Of a stretch of 64,000 bases of DNA, positions 60,255-64,000 are shown piece after piece. Position 1 is the first letter of the stretch, and every line of letters begins with the position of its first letter. The DNA is from Roseibacillus sp. GTDB taxonomy: Bacteria; Verrucomicrobiota; Verrucomicrobiia; Verrucomicrobiales; Akkermansiaceae. A program made the translations under genes and the position numbers. The notes under the pieces were generated by a model. It did no database searches, was not told the origin of the DNA, and saw only the letters and a list, made by a program, of their open reading frames with translations. The stretch is taken from assembly GCA_051251855.1 (NCBI GenBank), contig JBPOGI010000002.1, positions 32,001 to 96,000 of the forward strand. Direction: 5' to 3'.

Positions 60255-60992
60255 TTAGGTGCGGCGGCGGCTGGAGAGGGAGAGGCCTGCGAGGAGCAAG
60301 AGGGCCAGGGAGCTGGGTTCGGGGATGGCCCCAACGGCAATGGGGTCAGCGGAGAAGGCCCAGTCATGGATGATGCCATCGCTGCCGTCGTCGAAGAGGG
60401 TGACGCCGATCCATCCGTATTGAGGGGTGCCAGTGGGGTCCATTACGAAGGCGAGGTAGCCTTTAGTGCCGCTTTCGAATTGGTCGCCAGCTGTGCCCAT
60501 GTGAGTGGGCGTCTGGTTGCCGTCGAGTCCTCCGCCCGTTGTGGTTCCCGAGCCACCGAAGGAGGGAGTGGAAAGGGGGCTGGAGCTGCCTGATGCGGGC
60601 ACGGGATCGATGGGCGAGCCGTCAATGATGGAACCAAGGCCCACGTTGTGAAGAGCGGACAGCTTTTCGCTGGCATCCTCGCGGTAGGGCTGGAACTCGT
60701 CGCTGTGGGCAACGAAGGCACCACCGAAGAAGAAGTTCAAGTCCCAGTCCGTGGGTTCACTGTAGCTGATGGTATAGGAACCCTCCGTGGTGGTTCCCGG
60801 GTCCACAGTTCCGGTGGGGGTGCTGCCACTTGTAGAGCCGGTATCGAGGTCGAGGTAGACCCCTCCGAAAGAGAAGGGAATAGCGATGTCGACAGGGTCA
60901 ATATAGGTGACAGCTCCATGGCTCGCTCCGACTCCCGCAAGGCCCAAGCCAAGAGGGAGTAGAGTGCGCATGAAGGTGGGTTTTTGTTTCAT
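60255..60992 (-). CDS. PEP-CTERM surface protein
   Basis: C-terminus IPEPSSLALLLLAGLSLSSRRRT. Confidence 0.9.
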   Translation of the reverse strand: MKQKPTFMRTLLPLGLGLAGVGASHGAVTYIDPVDIAIPFSFGGVYLDLDTGSTSGSTPTGTVDPGTTTEGSYTISYSEPTDWDLNFFFGGAFVAHSDEFQPYREDASEKLSALHNVGLGSIIDGSPIDPVPASGSSSPLSTPSFGGSGTTTGGGLDGNQTPTHMGTAGDQFESGTKGYLAFVMDPTGTPQYGWIGVTLFDDGSDGIIHDWAFSADPIAVGAIPEPSSLALLLLAGLSLSSRRRT

Positions 60993-61039
60993 CAGTTTGT
61001 GCGTTCGTTGTTAGAGGTAATGGTGCAGTGGGCTCATCC

Positions 61040-63961
61040 TTAAGGAACCAATTCGACTTTGACGCGGAAGAAGCGAGGCTTCTGACCACTGCCGGGAAGG
61101 AGCCCTGGAAAAGGAACGCTGACGACATCGTAGTCTGAATCATCACTGGAGTCGGCGACTAGAGTGGGAGTGACCGTGCTATCCTCGAAGGTGACGAGGT
61201 CGGCGCTGAATTGTACCGTGTAGGTGAGGCTGCCCGAGGTGCTATGGTCGTCGCGACGAACGAAGAGAGCATCGAAGGTGACGCCTGCTCCACTGCCTGA
61301 GAACTCGAGAATGGGGAGTCCATTGACGGAACCATCATTAACGAGATCTGCGCTGTCGCTGACAAGTGGGTCGGTGCCGAAGCCAAACTCGAGGAGGTTG
61401 TTGAGGCCATCGCTATCAGGGTCGGCGGTGGTGGTGTTGTTGGCTGCGGTGAGGCCGTTGTCGCTGGCCCAAGTGCCGTAGATAGTGGCGACTACCGGAG
61501 TGACGGTGAGAGTTCCAGGGCCGGTGATAACACCGGGGGCGTTGGTGCTGTCGTAGACGCCGTCGGGTTGGGAGACGCCGTTGATCACAAGGGCAGCGAT
61601 GTTGTCGGTGCCTGAGTATTCCAAATTAATGCTTGCTCCCGATGCAATAGTCACCGTGGAATTATCAGCAAGGTTGGTGTTGTTGGTTCCGTCGCCGAGG
61701 TCCAAGACTCCGCCATTGACCGTGGTATCTCCGGTGTAGGTATTGGCTGCGGTGAGAATCAAGGTGCTGGTGTTGTCTTTCTCAAGCGCACCCGTTCCAC
61801 TGATGACTCCGGTCATTGTTTGGTTAGCGGTGCTGTTGTAACGGAAGATACTGTCGTTGACCATGGGGCCGTCCCAGTTTCCCGCATCAAGTCTTCCTGC
61901 GCCGGCGACTTCGAGCACGCCTTCGGTGATTGTGACTGTATTATCAACTCTCAGAGTATTGCCGACATTGGTGAGCGCTACGGTGCCGTCACCGGTTTTC
62001 CCGACAGAGCCACGTTCGATCCTCGCGGAAACTTCTAGGTCAACCGCGTCGCTGCCATCAGCAACGTCGAAGTTGATCGTGTGTGTGTTCTGCATGAGGA
62101 GTTGATTGCCGGTGACAAAATTCTTCGGTCCTCCCGTGGTAACGATGGTGCAGCCCCGAAAGATGGTGGTGCCTTGGACATCAAGAGTGCCTGCCCCAGT
62201 GGTGTCGAAGGTGATAGTTCTGTTGATGAACACCGTGGTGGCACCAGCCTGCACCAGCTCCAGGCGAGAGCCGTTGTTGATTTCAAAATTACCAGATCCC
62301 CAGACATTACCTGAGGCATCATCATTCAAAAATTGAAGGGTGCCTTCATTAACCACACTTAATCCCGTGTAATCACCGGAGGCGAATTCTGCGACGAGAG
62401 TGCCCGCTCCTTCCTTGATAAGACCGCCATTGTTGCTGTTGGCGAGATCGGTGGCGAGAGTGACGTCTTGCCCATTGGTGTCGAAGATCATCGGGCTTCC
62501 GCTGTTGACGATGCGAGCGCTGTAGTCGGTAGCTGCGCTGTTGGCGGTGTATTGGAGGGTGCCGCCTCCGAAGTCGATGTTACCAGTGGTAAGGAGGGGA
62601 TCATGGGCGCCGAGGGCACCTGAAAGAGTGATGGTGGGGTCAACTCCGTCGAGGACATCGGCAGCATCGGCGACCAAGACCCCATCGTTGATGATGGTGG
62701 TGCCAGTGTATAAGTTGTCGCCAGCGAGAGTGAGAGAGCCGGTACCATTTTTGATGAGGCCGCCAGTGTTGGTGCCGTCAATGACGGTAGCGTACGAAAC
62801 AGATTGGCCGTTGGTATCGATTCTCATCGGATTGTCACTATCGATAATGCGGCTGGCGTAGTCACTGCTAGCTCCGAGAGGACCGTACTGGAGGGTGCCA
62901 CCATTAAATTCGATGATGCCGTCAACGCCAAGGGCTCCTGAAGTGGCGGCCACGTCGGCTGCATTTGCCTGCAGGGTTCCAGCGCTTATGGTGGTTTTGC
63001 CAGTGTAGGTGTTGTCGCCCGACAAGATCCACTTGCCCGCATCAGCTTTGGTAATCGCAAGGGTGTTGGCTCCATTGTCCGCAGTCGTTCCTTGGATCTC
63101 GTTGTCCCCAGTGTTGCCTCCGCGAAGGGTGAGGATCTTGTTGTTACTAGAGGTGTTGGAGAAGGAGGCCGCCCCGGTCCAGACAATGGGGCCACTACCG
63201 ACGCTGTGGAAGGTTGCATTTCCTCCTCCCACGAGGCTTAAGGCTCGGTTCGTCGAGTGGCCGCTTCCATCATACCGGACTTGTCCGTTAGTCCCGATTC
63301 GCACTTCGCTACCGGCCCCTGCGGCACTGGGGACTCCGATGTCTGCGATGGAGTCGAAGCGGAGACCGCCGCCACCGTTTTGTTTACCAAAAGGGCCGGT
63401 AAAATCATTGAGAGGGTTGCGGAAAAGAATGGTGTTTGCTCCTACTGCGAAGAAGCGGCTGCCAGCAACGGATTCACTGACCTGAGCATTGATGGTCAAG
63501 GTGCCGGTCATTGAGTTGTTTGAATTCGTTCCGTTGAGGAAAAGTTTGCCTCCGCTGGAGGCATCGATGGTCGCAGTGGCGCCTCCGTTGACCCTGAGAT
63601 ATTGGTCAGTTGTCCCAAAAGTGAGGTCATGGGAAGCGAGGTCGAGGGTGTAATTCCCGCCGGCGGTGACATTAAAATCGAGTTTGGATGGAGCCACGTC
63701 GCCCGCAAGGGTCACGGTGGCTGCGGTGCCCATGTCGCCACCAAAAACAGCCGTGTTTCCATCGGCCCAAACTTGATCGGCGCCTCCGTCCCACCAATTG
63801 CCAACCCCAACAGCCCAAGTGCCGGTTCCTTCGGTCACCACGGCATCACCGGTAGTGGTATCCCATTGGAGTTGGGCTTGGATGGAAATAGGAAAAAGAC
63901 CCGCGAGAAGGGCGAGGCGAAACGATATGGGGAGGCTGAGTAGTGAAATGCTTTTTTTCAT
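61040..63961 (-). CDS. Autotransporter-associated beta-strand repeat protein with C-terminal 'FFR' domain
   Basis: Repeats K.G.G.L.L.G.NTYTG.T.I..G.L; no beta-barrel; ends RFFRVKVELVP. Confidence 0.88.
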   Translation of the reverse strand: MKKSISLLSLPISFRLALLAGLFPISIQAQLQWDTTTGDAVVTEGTGTWAVGVGNWWDGGADQVWADGNTAVFGGDMGTAATVTLAGDVAPSKLDFNVTAGGNYTLDLASHDLTFGTTDQYLRVNGGATATIDASSGGKLFLNGTNSNNSMTGTLTINAQVSESVAGSRFFAVGANTILFRNPLNDFTGPFGKQNGGGGLRFDSIADIGVPSAAGAGSEVRIGTNGQVRYDGSGHSTNRALSLVGGGNATFHSVGSGPIVWTGAASFSNTSSNNKILTLRGGNTGDNEIQGTTADNGANTLAITKADAGKWILSGDNTYTGKTTISAGTLQANAADVAATSGALGVDGIIEFNGGTLQYGPLGASSDYASRIIDSDNPMRIDTNGQSVSYATVIDGTNTGGLIKNGTGSLTLAGDNLYTGTTIINDGVLVADAADVLDGVDPTITLSGALGAHDPLLTTGNIDFGGGTLQYTANSAATDYSARIVNSGSPMIFDTNGQDVTLATDLANSNNGGLIKEGAGTLVAEFASGDYTGLSVVNEGTLQFLNDDASGNVWGSGNFEINNGSRLELVQAGATTVFINRTITFDTTGAGTLDVQGTTIFRGCTIVTTGGPKNFVTGNQLLMQNTHTINFDVADGSDAVDLEVSARIERGSVGKTGDGTVALTNVGNTLRVDNTVTITEGVLEVAGAGRLDAGNWDGPMVNDSIFRYNSTANQTMTGVISGTGALEKDNTSTLILTAANTYTGDTTVNGGVLDLGDGTNNTNLADNSTVTIASGASINLEYSGTDNIAALVINGVSQPDGVYDSTNAPGVITGPGTLTVTPVVATIYGTWASDNGLTAANNTTTADPDSDGLNNLLEFGFGTDPLVSDSADLVNDGSVNGLPILEFSGSGAGVTFDALFVRRDDHSTSGSLTYTVQFSADLVTFEDSTVTPTLVADSSDDSDYDVVSVPFPGLLPGSGQKPRFFRVKVELVP

Positions 63962-64000
63962 GGTTTTGGTTTTCTCGGAAATAATTGGTCACCGCTTGAT

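Overview
Chromosomal window that looks verrucomicrobial (PEP-CTERM proteins, PVC-type CxxCH heme protein, autotransporter-repeat protein, ECF sigma/FecR-LamG pair); the taxon is inferred from gene families only. The left arm (1-21 kb) holds a porin/DUF4956/VTC polyphosphate module, a probable heme-uptake cluster (AraC, DUF6607, TonB receptor, two related surface proteins, TonB) with a Fur-like box and a repeated 21-bp-spaced motif, then tpiA, ECF sigma/FecR, GH16, a multidomain subtilase and an orphan TpsB. The centre (21111-52375) is a ~31 kb tyrosine-integrase element inserted in tRNA-Ser(GCT), with a 30-bp att duplication and paired arm-type repeats. It carries (i) a type I RM operon split by five defence-like genes: ABC-ATPase + HNH, a PD-(D/E)XK nuclease, a 1933-aa helicase-nuclease with a Z-alpha-like winged helix and GreA/B-like tail, and a DUF262-DUF1524 protein; and (ii) an intergenic CL-class group II intron-like element. 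Its RT keeps YADD, but the RNA has a non-canonical 5' end, a 77-nt structured 5' insertion, no canonical branch A, four extra 3' hairpins and a degenerate HNH, making it a candidate domesticated RT-ncRNA. The right arm (52.4-64 kb) has tRNA-linked repeats and ordinary secreted and regulatory genes. All calls come from motif reading; no database searches or folding programs were run.
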